A stretch of 61,355 nt of DNA from positions 1 to 61,355 of the forward strand of contig WFXO01000006.1 in the NCBI GenBank assembly GCA_015490555.1. The letters are read 5' to 3'. The notes beneath the pieces are model-generated. The model was given only the letters and a program-made list of their open reading frames with translations, had not been told where the DNA came from and ran no database searches. Source of the stretch: a candidate division WOR-3 bacterium. GTDB taxonomy: Bacteria; Hydrothermota; Hydrothermia; WGAB01. Of this stretch, positions 10,271-21,294 are shown one piece after another (the stretch's first letter is position 1; every line of letters begins with the position of its first letter). Position numbers and translations under genes: made by a program.

Positions 10271-12196
10271 TTATTCGACCACCTCGTAGTCTGTGTCAAC
10301 AGGCCCCTCATCATCATTGCCCTTCTTTTGCTGGGCGTCCGTGTTTCCGCTTGAGGTCGAACTGGAAGTAGCGGCCCCTGTCCCTGCCTTTTCCGCCTTA
10401 TAGAGATCGGCCGAGACCTCGTTCCAAATCCGCTGAAGCGCTTCTAAATCAGATCGGATCTGGTTCGGATCGTTGCCCTGCATGCTCTGCCGGACCTTGG
10501 AAATCGCCTCTTCCACTCGCTTCTTCTGGTCTGCTGGGAGCCGATCGCCCAGGTCCTTCATCGCCTTCTCGACGTTATAGATGTAGGCATCGGCCGTGTT
10601 CCGGGCGTCCACGAGTTCTTTGCGCTTCCGATCCTCTTCCTTGTGCATCTCTGCCTCTTTAATCATGCGTTGGATTTCCTCTTCCGTCAATCCACTGGAG
10701 GCGTGGATCTTGATTTCGGCCTCTTTGCCGGTGGCTTTGTCCTTTGCGGATACATGGAGAATCCCATCTGCATCAATGTCAAAGGTCACTTCAATCTGAG
10801 GCACTCCCCGTGGGGCTGGCGGAATCCCGGTCAACTCAAACTGACCCAGGAGCCGGTTCTCGGAAGCGATTGGGCGCTCGCCTTGGTACACCTTGACCAG
10901 CACCGAAGTCTGGTTGTCCTCAGCGGTCGTGTAGATCTTGGTCTTACGGGTCGGCACCGTGGTGTTTCGAGGGATCACAACATCAAAGACGCCACCGAGG
11001 GTTTCCACACCGAGAGACAATGGCGTCACATCCAGCAGCAGGATGTCTTTGACCTCACCGGAGAGGACCGCACCTTGCAGCGCCGCACCGATGGCGACGA
11101 CCTCGTCCGGGTTGATCCCTTTATGCGGCTCTTTCCCGAAGAACTCCTTGACTGCTTGCTGAACCAGTGGCATCCGGGTCTGCCCACCGACCAAGATCAC
11201 TTCGTCGATTTCGCTCGGGCTGAGTTTGGCGTCTTCCAGGGCCTGTCGGCAGATCTCGATGGTCCGGTTGATGAGGTCTTGCGCCATGGCTTCGAGCCGT
11301 GCGCGGGTGAGTTTCTTCTCCAGGTGTTTCGGGCCGGAGGCATCGGCGGCAATGAACGGCAAAGAAATCGTAGTCTCCTGGAGTGTGGAGAGTTCTTTTT
11401 TGGCCTTTTCTGCCGCCTCTTTCAGCCGCTGAAGCGCCATCTTGTCCTGCCGCAGGTCAATCCCGGTCTCCTTCTGGAATTCCTCAATCAGCCAATTGAT
11501 GATCCGCTGGTCAATGTCATCACCGCCTAAATGCGTATCTCCTTTGGTTGCAATGACTTCAAAAACTCCTCCACCGATCTCCAAGATAGAGATGTCAAAG
11601 GTTCCGCCGCCCAGGTCATAAACGGCGACTTTGAGTTGTCTATCTTTTTTATCCAGGCCATAGGCCAAGGCTGCCGCCGTCGGCTCGTTGAAGATCCGGA
11701 GGACCTCCAATCCTGCGATCCGACCGGCGTCCTTGGTTGCCTGCCGCTGTGCGTCGTTGAAATAGGCTGGAACCGTAATTACCGCCTTGGTCACCGGATG
11801 GCCGAGATAACTCTCCGCCGCCTGCTTGAGGTAGGCCAGGATCTTCGCAGAGATCTCCTCAGGCGTGAAGTTTCGGCCGACCGCGGGAATGTAGACCTCC
11901 ACCCGGTCGTTGGTCCCACTCACCACTTTGTAAGGGACACGTTTGGCCTCTTCGGTCACCTCCGAATACCGACGGCCCATAAATCGCTTGATGGAAAAAA
12001 TGGTGTTTTCGGCGTTGGTGATCGCCTGACGTTTGGCAATGGACCCCACCAGCACTTCGGAATCCTTAAAGGCGACCACGGAGGGAGTAATTCGTTCACC
12101 CTCCTGGTTCGGAATCACAACGGGCTCGCCGCCCATAACAACAGAAACCACGGAGTTTGTCGTTCCAAGGTCAATCCCAATGACTTTCTCGCTCAT
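10271..12196 (-). CDS. dnaK: Chaperone DnaK (Hsp70)
   Basis: [47 protein letters not shown]. Confidence 0.99.
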   Translation of the reverse strand: MSEKVIGIDLGTTNSVVSVVMGGEPVVIPNQEGERITPSVVAFKDSEVLVGSIAKRQAITNAENTIFSIKRFMGRRYSEVTEEAKRVPYKVVSGTNDRVEVYIPAVGRNFTPEEISAKILAYLKQAAESYLGHPVTKAVITVPAYFNDAQRQATKDAGRIAGLEVLRIFNEPTAAALAYGLDKKDRQLKVAVYDLGGGTFDISILEIGGGVFEVIATKGDTHLGGDDIDQRIINWLIEEFQKETGIDLRQDKMALQRLKEAAEKAKKELSTLQETTISLPFIAADASGPKHLEKKLTRARLEAMAQDLINRTIEICRQALEDAKLSPSEIDEVILVGGQTRMPLVQQAVKEFFGKEPHKGINPDEVVAIGAALQGAVLSGEVKDILLLDVTPLSLGVETLGGVFDVVIPRNTTVPTRKTKIYTTAEDNQTSVLVKVYQGERPIASENRLLGQFELTGIPPAPRGVPQIEVTFDIDADGILHVSAKDKATGKEAEIKIHASSGLTEEEIQRMIKEAEMHKEEDRKRKELVDARNTADAYIYNVEKAMKDLGDRLPADQKKRVEEAISKVRQSMQGNDPNQIRSDLEALQRIWNEVSADLYKAEKAGTGAATSSSTSSGNTDAQQKKGNDDEGPVDTDYEVVE

Positions 12197-12708
12197 TTTT
12201 GCTCACCTCCTTCAGTGGATTTCACGGCCTGGCCGCGGGAGACCGCGACCTTCGCCGGACGTAAAAGTTTGTCTTTAAAGAGATACCCTTTTTCGTACTC
12301 TTCGACCACCATCCCTGCAGGGAGTGCAGATTCCACCATCGAGACCGCCTCGTGATATCGAGGATCAAAGGATTGGCCCTTGGCCTCAATGGCGCGAAGG
12401 CCTTCTTTCTCCAGAATGGACTTCAACTGGTTGTAAATCATCCGGACGCCTTCGAGGACAGACTGGGTATCCGCATTCTCGTCAATCTGGAGCGCACGCT
12501 GGAAGTTGTCCAACACCGGCAGGAGTTCCGCGACAATCCGCTCGGACGCATACTCCACCGTCGTTTTCCACTGCTGTTCCATGGCTCGTTTGTAGTTCTC
12601 AAAATCCGCACGAGCCCGGAGATACAGGTCTTTATACTCCTTGCACTCCTTTTCCAATTCCGCTAACCTCTCTTTCAAACGATGAACCCAGTGTTTTTTC
12701 TTGTCCAT
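12193..12708 (-). CDS. grpE: Nucleotide exchange factor GrpE
   Basis: [30 protein letters not shown]...[10 protein letters not shown]; GGAGG SD before ATG 12708. Confidence 0.95.
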   Translation of the reverse strand: MDKKKHWVHRLKERLAELEKECKEYKDLYLRARADFENYKRAMEQQWKTTVEYASERIVAELLPVLDNFQRALQIDENADTQSVLEGVRMIYNQLKSILEKEGLRAIEAKGQSFDPRYHEAVSMVESALPAGMVVEEYEKGYLFKDKLLRPAKVAVSRGQAVKSTEGGEQK

Positions 12709-12748
12709 TCCGCCACCTCCCTGAGGGACTATCAAGTGACTTGGTATA

Positions 12749-12777
12749 TTAATACTCAGATTTTCTGAAACTGTCAA
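12749..12777 (-). promoter_or_regulatory. Putative sigma70 promoter of the grpE-dnaK-dnaJ operon
   Basis: TTGACA-17 bp-TATTAA on the minus strand. Confidence 0.55.
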
Positions 12778-12882
12778 GGGGCAATCTGTTTCTTTTTCCT
12801 TGGATACTACCTGTCAGAAGCCGAGTCTTTCATCCCCGTTTTTCTGTGTTCAATTATACAGGAAACTGCCCCATCCGATACA

Positions 12883-12911
12883 TGGACGGAGTTCCTTAAA
12901 AACCTTATAAT
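12883..12911 (+). promoter_or_regulatory. Putative sigma70 promoter of the M16 peptidase pair
   Basis: TGGACG-17 bp-TATAAT, then GGAGG SD. Confidence 0.6.
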
Positions 12912-12935
12912 CCTGAAACTTTGGAGGTATCCAAC

Positions 12936-14288
12936 ATGATGTTTACACTTTGGATGGTTGCAATGACAGGGGTAACAATGACCTACAACTTACCGATCGT
13001 CACCAAGACCCTCGAGAACGGTCTCCAGGTGGTTGTGGTAGAAGATCATGCCAACCCCCTGGTTTCCGTTCAGATCTGGTATCGTGTGGGGTCTCGCAAC
13101 GAACACGAGGGCATCACCGGGATCTCTCATATCCTTGAACACATGATGTTCAAAGGGACCGAGAAATACGGGCCTGAAGAGTACTCCAAGATCATCCAAC
13201 GAATGGGTGGAACCGATAACGCGTTTACCGCAGAGGATATGACCGCTTACTTCTCAGAGGTTCCCTCCTCCCAACTGGAAAAGGTCTTCGAACTGGAGGC
13301 TGATCGGATGGCGAACGTCGTGTTCCGGGAATTCGAGGAAGAGAAGAATGTCGTGATTGAGGAACGTCGGTGGCGAACGGAGAACTCACCTTGGGGGATG
13401 TTCTTCGAAGAGATGGCCGCGGTTGCCATCCAGGCTCATCCTTACCGGAATCCCGTGATTGGTTGGCGCAGCGATCTGGAAAAAATCACGTTGGAGGACG
13501 TCCGACATTACTACGAAACCTACTACTCTCCGCAGAACGCCATCTTGATCGTAGCCGGAGATGTACAGCCAGAGCAGGTTTTCGCCCTTGCGGAGAAGTA
13601 TTTCGGATCCATCCCCAATCACGATCAACCCCCGGAGGTGCGAACGCAAGAACCCAAGCAGATGGGGGAAAGGCGGTTCACCCTTCGGAAAGAGGGGTTT
13701 ACCACCATTTGGGGAGTGGCGTACCATTCCCCGCGGTATACGGACCCCGATTTCCCCGCCCTTCAGATCCTCAACGCGATCCTCACGGCTGGAAAATCCT
13801 CACGCCTCTATCGCCGCCTGGTTTCAGAGACCGGTTTGGCTTCCGGGGTTTCCGGGTGGGTGGAACGATCCATTGACCCGTATCTGTGGTACATCGTCGT
13901 CTCGGTTCAACCAGGGAAGTCCATCGATTCCGTGGAGCAAATCGTTCTGGAAGAGATCGAGAAGATCCAGTCCTCCAATCCTCCGACAGAGGAGGAACTT
14001 CAACGAGCCATCAACAATGCGGTGGCTGCCTTTGTGTACCAGCAGCAGTCCGTCATCGGGAAGGCCATGATGGTAGGAACATTTGCCATTCTGGATCGAC
14101 CTGAGGCCGTAAATGAGTTTATTCCGCGTCTTCAGCAGGTCACCGTCGAGGATCTTGTTCGGGTTGCCCAAAAATATCTGACGGAAGAGAACCGTACCGT
14201 CGGCCGACTCCTTCCGATCCCGCCGAAAGACATGGCCGCGTTTATTCAGCAAATGCAGGAAGCCCAACAAAAGGAGTTCCGGAGATGA
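12936..14288 (+). CDS. M16 (pitrilysin/insulinase) zinc peptidase, catalytic subunit, with signal peptide
   Basis: HILEH inverted zinc motif, NAFT..D.T.Y, EKNVVIEERR, HPY..PVIG. Confidence 0.92.
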   Translation: MMFTLWMVAMTGVTMTYNLPIVTKTLENGLQVVVVEDHANPLVSVQIWYRVGSRNEHEGITGISHILEHMMFKGTEKYGPEEYSKIIQRMGGTDNAFTAEDMTAYFSEVPSSQLEKVFELEADRMANVVFREFEEEKNVVIEERRWRTENSPWGMFFEEMAAVAIQAHPYRNPVIGWRSDLEKITLEDVRHYYETYYSPQNAILIVAGDVQPEQVFALAEKYFGSIPNHDQPPEVRTQEPKQMGERRFTLRKEGFTTIWGVAYHSPRYTDPDFPALQILNAILTAGKSSRLYRRLVSETGLASGVSGWVERSIDPYLWYIVVSVQPGKSIDSVEQIVLEEIEKIQSSNPPTEEELQRAINNAVAAFVYQQQSVIGKAMMVGTFAILDRPEAVNEFIPRLQQVTVEDLVRVAQKYLTEENRTVGRLLPIPPKDMAAFIQQMQEAQQKEFRR

Positions 14289-15637
14289 TGTGGCTCTTTG
14301 CAGCGCTTTTGGCCATATCCAATCCACAGGAGGCACGGATGAAAACAACATTGGAAAATGGCGTTCAAGTTTATGTGGCCCAAAAGAAGGGGCTTCCCAT
14401 CACGCAGGTGTACCTGGTGGTGATGGCCGGTTCGATTTACGACCCTTCCGGGAAGGAAGGGCTGGCGAACCTCACGACCGCTTTGTTGGACGAAGGCACG
14501 AAACACCGCACAGAGGAAGAAATCGCCCTGGAAATTGAGAAAATCGGGGGACGAATCTACTTGAACACCGGGGCCTACTACACCAGCATGAGCCTCACGG
14601 TCCTTTCTCCTTACACGGATATCGGGCTCGACGTCATTGCAGATATGTTGCAAAACTCCATTTTCCCAGAGGAACGGGTCGAGAAAGAGCGCGACCGTGT
14701 CCTTTCCGGGATTAAGGATCAACTCAGCGATCCCAACAGTGTTCTGGATCGGGAGTTCATCAAAGCGGTGTATGCTGGGCACCCGTTGGGCCATCCAGAG
14801 AACGGCTACCTAAACACCGTTGAGTCTATTACACGGGAGGATATCGTCCAATTTTATCAGACGTATTACCGACCGGAGCGGACTTATCTCGTGTTTGTCT
14901 CTGACCTTGAGCCCGAAGAAGCCTTGAAGAAGGTCAAAAAGTACTTCGGAACCTGGACAGTGGAAGGGTCTGGACCCGGTGATGTGAAGATCCCGGATCC
15001 CCAGCCCATCCAAGGATTCCATGTGAAAGTTTTTCACATGCCCGTGAATCAAGTTTTTGTTGCCTTTGGGCACTTGGGCCCGCTCCGCAAGAATCCCGAT
15101 TACAACAAAATTCGCCTGATGAACTACATCTTGGGTGGGGGCGGGTTTGCCTCTCGGATGATGCAAAAAGTCCGCGTCGAAAAGGGGTTTGCCTACGGCG
15201 TTTCCACAGGATTCCGGCCGGGAGTCTTCCTCCCAGGGTACTTCCGATCCACCACAGAGACCAAGGTCGAATCCGCACACGAAGCCATTCCGTTGATGTT
15301 TGAAGTCATCCGAGAAATGCAAGAGGAGGGCCCCACTGACCAAGAACTGTCCGATGCCAAGTCCTATTACGAAGGCTCGATTCCACGCATGACAGAAACC
15401 TATTCACAGTACGCTCGAGCGCTGCTGGAAGAGATGTTGTACGGCCTGCCACAAAACTTCTGGCTGAAAGATGTGGAAGAGATCAAAACCTTAACCCGTG
15501 AGGATGTCATCGAAGCTTCACGGAAATACATCGACTTGAACAACCTGGTGATGGTATTGGTCGCTGATACCTCGAAATTCGATCTTAAAAAACTGAAGTT
15601 CCCCCACGCAGACATCTCCATCGAGATCCCCTATTAA
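14285..15637 (+). CDS. M16 peptidase-like non-catalytic partner subunit, with signal peptide
   Basis: M16 fold motifs but HxxEH replaced (NLTTALLDEGT); LGGGGFASR..KVR.EKG.AY; ATGA coupling to the preceding gene. Confidence 0.88.
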   Translation: MMWLFAALLAISNPQEARMKTTLENGVQVYVAQKKGLPITQVYLVVMAGSIYDPSGKEGLANLTTALLDEGTKHRTEEEIALEIEKIGGRIYLNTGAYYTSMSLTVLSPYTDIGLDVIADMLQNSIFPEERVEKERDRVLSGIKDQLSDPNSVLDREFIKAVYAGHPLGHPENGYLNTVESITREDIVQFYQTYYRPERTYLVFVSDLEPEEALKKVKKYFGTWTVEGSGPGDVKIPDPQPIQGFHVKVFHMPVNQVFVAFGHLGPLRKNPDYNKIRLMNYILGGGGFASRMMQKVRVEKGFAYGVSTGFRPGVFLPGYFRSTTETKVESAHEAIPLMFEVIREMQEEGPTDQELSDAKSYYEGSIPRMTETYSQYARALLEEMLYGLPQNFWLKDVEEIKTLTREDVIEASRKYIDLNNLVMVLVADTSKFDLKKLKFPHADISIEIPY

Positions 15638-15651
15638 GGAGAAAGACGCCC

Positions 15652-16347
15652 GTGTCCCATGTCCCACAGTTAATCCTGGCGTTGAACACGACGGATGGGG
15701 AGGAGGCCCTCCACTGGGTTCGACAGTTTTCTGGAAAGATCTCCTACTTTAAGGTGGGCCTCCCCCTTTTTGTTCGGTATGGACCTGATTGGGTACGTGA
15801 AGTCCAGAAGTTTGGTGAAGTCTTTTTAGACCTGAAACTTCACGACATCCCGGATGTTGTCTCGTGGGCATTGAAGGCGGTCTTGCCTCTAAAACCCCGT
15901 TGGATCACGGTCCACGCGGCCGGTGGCACACAGATGCTCCGGAAGGCTGCACAAGCCGTTTCCGGCACCTCAACCCAACTCCTGGCGGTCACGGTACTCA
16001 CCAGTTTAGGGCCGGACGATTCCCAAGACCTATTTGGTCGTGCTCCTCAAGATGCGGTCCTGCACCTGGCTCATCTTGCTTATGAACAAGGAATTCGGGG
16101 CATTGTTGCTTCAGGACAAGAAGTGTCCGTCTTGCGGGAGGCCTTGGGGTCCGAGATCGAGTTGGTGGTCCCGGGGTTTCGACTCCAGGCCGGTCCACAA
16201 GATGACCAGGCGCGAGTGATCACCCCTGAAGACCCGAGGATTCAGCAGATTGATTACTTGGTTGTAGGGCGTGTTCTGACCCATGCCCCGGACCCGGAGG
16301 AAGCCTTCAATCGAATCCAGGAGGCCCTACAAAAAGCAGGGTCCTGA
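15652..16347 (+). CDS. pyrF: Orotidine-5'-phosphate decarboxylase
   Basis: DLKLHDIP signature, TVHA.GG..M, VTVLTS, DDQAR, VVGR; GTG start after AAGGAG. Confidence 0.95.
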   Translation: MSHVPQLILALNTTDGEEALHWVRQFSGKISYFKVGLPLFVRYGPDWVREVQKFGEVFLDLKLHDIPDVVSWALKAVLPLKPRWITVHAAGGTQMLRKAAQAVSGTSTQLLAVTVLTSLGPDDSQDLFGRAPQDAVLHLAHLAYEQGIRGIVASGQEVSVLREALGSEIELVVPGFRLQAGPQDDQARVITPEDPRIQQIDYLVVGRVLTHAPDPEEAFNRIQEALQKAGS

Positions 16348-16378
16348 TTTTAAAATCATCCACCTCTTACCCATTTCC

Positions 16379-16410
16379 TTGTGTAATTTGTACTGCGGTT
16401 GTAAAATTAC
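16379..16410 (+). promoter_or_regulatory. maeB promoter with overlapping inverted repeat
   Basis: TTGTGT-17 bp-TAAAAT overlapped by GTAATTTGTAC-N7-GTAAAATTAC. Confidence 0.45.
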
Positions 16411-16443
16411 TTCAGAAGTCGGATCAAACCGGAGGTCCATACC

Positions 16444-18705
16444 ATGAAGATTACCAAAGAAATGGCCCTGGAATATCATACCCGGGGCAGACCAGGCAAG
16501 ATCGAGGTGGTCCCGACCAAGCCCTGCATCACACAGTTGGATTTGTCTCTGGCTTATACGCCGGGGGTGGCGGAACCGGTTCGGGAGATCGAAAGGGATC
16601 CCGATCTGGCTTATCGGTATACTGCGAAGGGGAACTTGGTCGCCGTGATTTCGAATGGCACGGCGGTCTTGGGGCTTGGAGATGTCGGGGCCCTGGCCGG
16701 GAAGCCCGTGATGGAGGGCAAAGGCGTCCTCTTCAAACGGTTCGCAGATATCGATGTCTTCGACATCGAAATCAACGAAAAAGACCCCGAGAAATTGGTA
16801 GAGATTATCGCGGCGTTGGAACCTACTTTTGGCGGAATCAATTTGGAGGATATCAAGGCCCCAGAGTGTTTTTATGTGGAAGAAGAACTCAAAAAACGGC
16901 TGCAAATTCCGGTGTTCCATGATGATCAGCATGGGACCGCGATTATTTCGGGTGCCGGGCTCCTCAATGCTCTGGAGTTGGTGGGGAAAAAGATTGATGA
17001 AATCCGTGTGGTGATCAGCGGTGCTGGCGCGTCCGCGATTGCCTGTGCCAAGTTCTATATCCAACTCGGCGTGAAAAAAGAAAACATCATGATGGTCGAC
17101 AGTAAAGGGGTGATTTACAAAGGCCGAAAAGAGCGCATGAACCCGTACAAAGAGCAATTTGCTGTGGAGACCGAGAAGCGGACCCTGGCGGAAGCACTGG
17201 AAGGGGCCGATGTCTTCCTCGGACTTTCCGTTGGGGGGCTTGTGACCAAGGAGATGGTAAAACGGATGGCCGATCGGCCCATCATTTTTGCGTTGGCGAA
17301 CCCCATTCCGGAGATCTCCTATGAGGATGCAAAGGAAGCGAGGCCTGACGCCATTGTTGCGACGGGTCGGTCCGATTACCCGAACCAGGTCAACAACGTC
17401 TTGGGGTTCCCGTTCATTTTTCGTGGGGCTTTGGATGTAGGGGCTAAGGCGATCAACGAAGAGATGAAATTGGCCGCTGCGCGAGCCCTTGCAGCACTGG
17501 CCAAGGAGGATGTCCCAGATTCTGTCCTGAAGGCCTACGGCTTAGAATCGTTGAAATTTGGGCCGGATTACATCATCCCCAAGCCGTTAGACCCCCGAGT
17601 GCTTCTTTGGGAAGCCCCTGCCGTTGCAAAGGCGGCGATGGAGACCGGCGTAGCGCGGTATCATATCGACCTTGACGAGTACCGAGAACGACTCGAAGCA
17701 AAACTGGGCAAATCTCGCGAAGTCATGCGCATTATCATCAATAAGGCCAAGGCCAATCCCAAACGCGTGGTGTACTCCGAAGGTGAAGAATCCAAAATTA
17801 TCCGTGCCGCCCATTGGGTGAAGGAAGAAGGGATCGGAGAGCCGATCTTGATCGGACGGCCCGAGGTCATCCATCAAAAGATCGAAGAACTTGGCTTGAA
17901 TTTCACACCTCAGGTTGTGTATCCATCAGAGCATCCTCGATTCGAGGAATATGTACAAAAGTTCTATGAACTGCGTCAACGAAAGGGCGTGACCCTCAGC
18001 GAAGCACGAAACCTGATGCAGGTGCCGAACTACTTTGGCCCCATGATGGTGTATATGGGCGATGCCGATGCCTATATTTCGGGCTTGACCTATCACTATC
18101 CCGATGTCCTGCGGCCTGCGTTGCAGATCATCAAGACCCGGCCCGGGGTTTCTAAGGTTGCGGGCCTCTACATGATGGTCCTGAAGGATCGCGTGTTGTT
18201 CTTCACCGACGCTACGGTGAATATCGAACCAACGGCAGAGGACTTGGCGGAGATTGCGATTTTGGCCGCTGAATTGGCGAAGAAGTTTGATATTGACCCT
18301 CGGATTGCCATGCTTTCGTTTTCCAACTTTGGCAGTGTCCGTCACCCCCTGGCAGAGAAGGTTCGTCGAGCCGTTGAGATCGTCCGCCAGCGTCGTCCGG
18401 ACCTGAAAGTCGATGGAGAAATGCAGGCGGACACCGCGGTGGTCCCAGAAATCGTGGAGCAGAATTATCCCTTCTCTCGCGTCAAAGATGCGAATGTATT
18501 GGTTTTCCCTGACCTGGAAGCGGCCAATGTCGCCTATAAACTCCTGGCGCGCTTAGGGGGCGCAGAAGCGATTGGGCCCATCCTGATGGGCATGGGGAAA
18601 GCCGTCCACGTCCTGCAGATGGGCGATGAGGTGAAAGATATCGTGAATATCACGGCCATTGCCGTGGTGGATGCTCAGGAACTGGAGGTCATGGCGAAGG
18701 CATAA
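16444..18705 (+). CDS. maeB: NADP-dependent malic enzyme with C-terminal PTA-like domain
   Basis: [46 protein letters not shown]-like LSFSNFGS and DGEMQAD. Confidence 0.97.
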   Translation: MKITKEMALEYHTRGRPGKIEVVPTKPCITQLDLSLAYTPGVAEPVREIERDPDLAYRYTAKGNLVAVISNGTAVLGLGDVGALAGKPVMEGKGVLFKRFADIDVFDIEINEKDPEKLVEIIAALEPTFGGINLEDIKAPECFYVEEELKKRLQIPVFHDDQHGTAIISGAGLLNALELVGKKIDEIRVVISGAGASAIACAKFYIQLGVKKENIMMVDSKGVIYKGRKERMNPYKEQFAVETEKRTLAEALEGADVFLGLSVGGLVTKEMVKRMADRPIIFALANPIPEISYEDAKEARPDAIVATGRSDYPNQVNNVLGFPFIFRGALDVGAKAINEEMKLAAARALAALAKEDVPDSVLKAYGLESLKFGPDYIIPKPLDPRVLLWEAPAVAKAAMETGVARYHIDLDEYRERLEAKLGKSREVMRIIINKAKANPKRVVYSEGEESKIIRAAHWVKEEGIGEPILIGRPEVIHQKIEELGLNFTPQVVYPSEHPRFEEYVQKFYELRQRKGVTLSEARNLMQVPNYFGPMMVYMGDADAYISGLTYHYPDVLRPALQIIKTRPGVSKVAGLYMMVLKDRVLFFTDATVNIEPTAEDLAEIAILAAELAKKFDIDPRIAMLSFSNFGSVRHPLAEKVRRAVEIVRQRRPDLKVDGEMQADTAVVPEIVEQNYPFSRVKDANVLVFPDLEAANVAYKLLARLGGAEAIGPILMGMGKAVHVLQMGDEVKDIVNITAIAVVDAQELEVMAKA

Positions 18706-18746
18706 AAGGCCTTCTGAGACAAGTGTAGAAAACCCGTCCGAACGAT

Positions 18747-20774
18747 CTAAGGGAGAATGGCTTCGAGGGTGGATCGCTGGAGTTTGATCTCAGGGAGGGC
18801 CGTGATCCAGATCTTGAAGTCGTAAATCCAGATGCCCCCAAAGGTCGACCACCGGAAGGAGGCCCGAAAACAGTGTAAGTCTCGTTCCAAACTCAAACTC
18901 TGATCGATCATTTCATGGGTCACAAAGTTATACCCGGTCTGGTAAGAGACACGCCAGTACTTCGTAAGGTTTCCGGAGAGGGAGAGTGTGAGGTAGTTCC
19001 GGGCCGGTTCTTTCCGATAAGTATGATTGACAGTGACACTCCACCGAAGGGGACGCTGTGAGAGGGTATCCGTGGATATCTCTTCCGATGGCTGGAGCAT
19101 GGCAGACCATCGGGCCGACGTGATTACCTCGATGCTCGACCAGCGCCGAGTTTCTGGGTCGTATTGTGTGTTACCTCGGATGGTAATCTTAGAACCCGGG
19201 AAAAGTTGTGCTGTCACCGTGATCGGTGTGATCTTTTGCCCTTCGGATTTCAGGTTATAGGAGAACTGGAGGCTGGAGGTCAAAAAGGTCACCCGACGCT
19301 CTTGATCCCCCCACTTGATTTTGGCTTGGTATTCGTTCGACAGGGAGAAGGACCCTTGATGAAACCCATTCAGAGGCGTGTGACCCCGGAAAGGGTCGAT
19401 CCATCCCTGGTCGATGTCAGGCCGGAACCGGTAGGTCAAGGTCGGACGGAGCACCTGCAAGATCCGTTGGACCGGACCGATCCCAAATTTTGAAAGGCCG
19501 TATAAAACCGTGGTCACCGAGGTCTGGAAGGTGGGGACCATCCGGAGCCGATAGGAGGTCCCTAAGGTGTCATGATCGTAGAGCGTTACGACCCAGGAAA
19601 GGCTTGGGTTCAGTTGGAAATACCGGAAGAACCGCCAGGGCATCTGGAGATTCCCGGTATGCTCGGCGACCCAGCGGTATGCTGGGAGGTCTTGTGTGAT
19701 CCCCCGTTCGAACAGGTTTTGGGTGGAGATTTGGACGGGCCCTATACTGAGGCTGGGGAGGCTCAGGGACCATCGGGGAAGGGTGCGACTGAGTGTATTG
19801 CGGACCAGATCACGCCGGTCCTCTGCAACGAGACTCATCGTGAGATTTCGCCATCGCCTCGTGTAAGAAACATAGGATACGAGTTCAGTCTGGAGCCACT
19901 CTTGCTTCTCCTCAGAATAGTCGTAGATGTAGTTCTTGTCGGAGACGTAGGAGACCTTAGCAACGAGTCGCCCCTGAGGACCGAGGTCTTGGGAGTGGTT
20001 CCCAAAGATAGACCAGCGTCGTTTGCGGGGAGACAACTCTTCGGCCCAACTCGCTGTCCACCGGCCTTCCAGGAGACCGTAAACCTTGTATGGCAAGGTG
20101 AAAGACAGACGAGGCCCCCGCTTTTCGATCAAATCCAGGGCCACCGTGAGGTCCATATAGTTGTTGATTGCCCAGTAATAAGCCAGGTTCCGGATATAGA
20201 AGCCGTCTTGGCTTTGTCGGCCGTACCGCGGTGTTAAAAAGCCGGATTTCCGCTGGTTGGCGACCGGGAAATACCAGAAAGGCAATTCCAGGATGGGGAT
20301 GCCCATGATCTTGAAGATCACCGGCGACGCGATGGCCATGTCATCTTCAAACACCCGCATTTTCGGCGAATAAAATACATAGTGGGGCGGGGTTTCATCA
20401 CAGGTCGTAAAAGTTCCTTCCTCAATAATCACCTCATGGGGCCCGGTCCGATAGAATCGACGTCCCAAGAGATACCCTTTTTCAATATGGGTTCGACTGT
20501 CAAAGGAAATGCCGTGCTCGGTCTCGATGTTGTAAAACAGGGAATCTCCGCGGAGGGTGTCCTTTTGTCCGAGGACAAGGACAAAACCCTTGTAGGCGCG
20601 GAGTTTTTTGTCCTGAGTCCAATAGAGGATGGAGTCTGCCCAGAGTTGGGTCTTGCCTGATTGTACAAAGGCAGAATCTTGAAGGATCACCAAGTTTTGG
20701 GGGCGATGATAGGTGATGAACCGAGCGCGGAACTGAACGGGACCGGCAAGGAGCATGAGAAGAAGAAGCGCCAT
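18747..20774 (-). CDS. lptD: LPS assembly outer-membrane protein, LptD-like
   Basis: Signal peptide, OstA-like N-terminus (ADSI.Y), FTTCD..PHY, RKSGFL.P, aromatic beta-barrel strands, RDLHC. Confidence 0.85.
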   Translation of the reverse strand: MALLLLMLLAGPVQFRARFITYHRPQNLVILQDSAFVQSGKTQLWADSILYWTQDKKLRAYKGFVLVLGQKDTLRGDSLFYNIETEHGISFDSRTHIEKGYLLGRRFYRTGPHEVIIEEGTFTTCDETPPHYVFYSPKMRVFEDDMAIASPVIFKIMGIPILELPFWYFPVANQRKSGFLTPRYGRQSQDGFYIRNLAYYWAINNYMDLTVALDLIEKRGPRLSFTLPYKVYGLLEGRWTASWAEELSPRKRRWSIFGNHSQDLGPQGRLVAKVSYVSDKNYIYDYSEEKQEWLQTELVSYVSYTRRWRNLTMSLVAEDRRDLVRNTLSRTLPRWSLSLPSLSIGPVQISTQNLFERGITQDLPAYRWVAEHTGNLQMPWRFFRYFQLNPSLSWVVTLYDHDTLGTSYRLRMVPTFQTSVTTVLYGLSKFGIGPVQRILQVLRPTLTYRFRPDIDQGWIDPFRGHTPLNGFHQGSFSLSNEYQAKIKWGDQERRVTFLTSSLQFSYNLKSEGQKITPITVTAQLFPGSKITIRGNTQYDPETRRWSSIEVITSARWSAMLQPSEEISTDTLSQRPLRWSVTVNHTYRKEPARNYLTLSLSGNLTKYWRVSYQTGYNFVTHEMIDQSLSLERDLHCFRASFRWSTFGGIWIYDFKIWITALPEIKLQRSTLEAILP

Positions 20775-20782
20775 AGGGCATA

Positions 20783-20811
20783 AAATTAATGGGCCGATGC
20801 AGGACCGTCAA
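20783..20811 (-). promoter_or_regulatory. Putative lptD promoter (leaderless spacing)
   Basis: TTGACG-17 bp-TAATTT, 8 nt before the ATG, no SD. Confidence 0.5.
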
Positions 20812-21294
20812 GCCATTCGATATATCAGTCATGCAGAACATGAGACCCTTGCCTTGGGGGAAACCCTGGCTTCGTATTTGGTACCCCCCATGACGGTCGC
20901 TCTTTTTGGGCCCTTGGGGAGCGGCAAAACGGTGTTTGTCCGAGGGATTGCCAGAGGTCTGGGGATTGCTCGGGTTCGAAGCCCGAGTTTTCTTCTCATG
21001 CTCAAATACGAGGGGAGAGAACATGCACTTTACCACCTGGATCTTTATCGCTTAGAGCAGTGGGAGGAGTTGGTCCACCTTGGGGTCCTGGAGGTCTTTG
21101 AATATGGGTTGGTGGCCGTAGAGTGGGCCGATCGGATCCTGGATCTTTTACCCCCGGACCGGATCGAAGTCCACCTGGCCTTCCAAAATCAAGGCCGGAA
21201 GATTTCCCTCCTGGGGACCGGTCCACGATCTGGCCAGATTGTCCAAGCCCTGGTCGATCGGATTAACCCTCGTTTACAATCTCGAAATCCTTAA
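20797..21294 (+). CDS. tsaE: tRNA t6A biosynthesis ATPase TsaE
   Basis: GPLGSGKT, V.SPSF, H.DLYRL, VEWAD. Confidence 0.93.
   Translation: MQDRQAIRYISHAEHETLALGETLASYLVPPMTVALFGPLGSGKTVFVRGIARGLGIARVRSPSFLLMLKYEGREHALYHLDLYRLEQWEELVHLGVLEVFEYGLVAVEWADRILDLLPPDRIEVHLAFQNQGRKISLLGTGPRSGQIVQALVDRINPRLQSRNP

Noticed and set aside
10643-12355. Long plus-strand ORFs (295 and 274 aa) antisense to dnaK
   Set aside because: Shadow ORFs from codon bias, well known opposite hsp70 genes; no motifs or SD.
14285-15637. Second M16 gene as a pseudogene
   Set aside because: Loss of HxxEH in the partner is normal for heterodimeric M16B peptidases and the ORF is intact.
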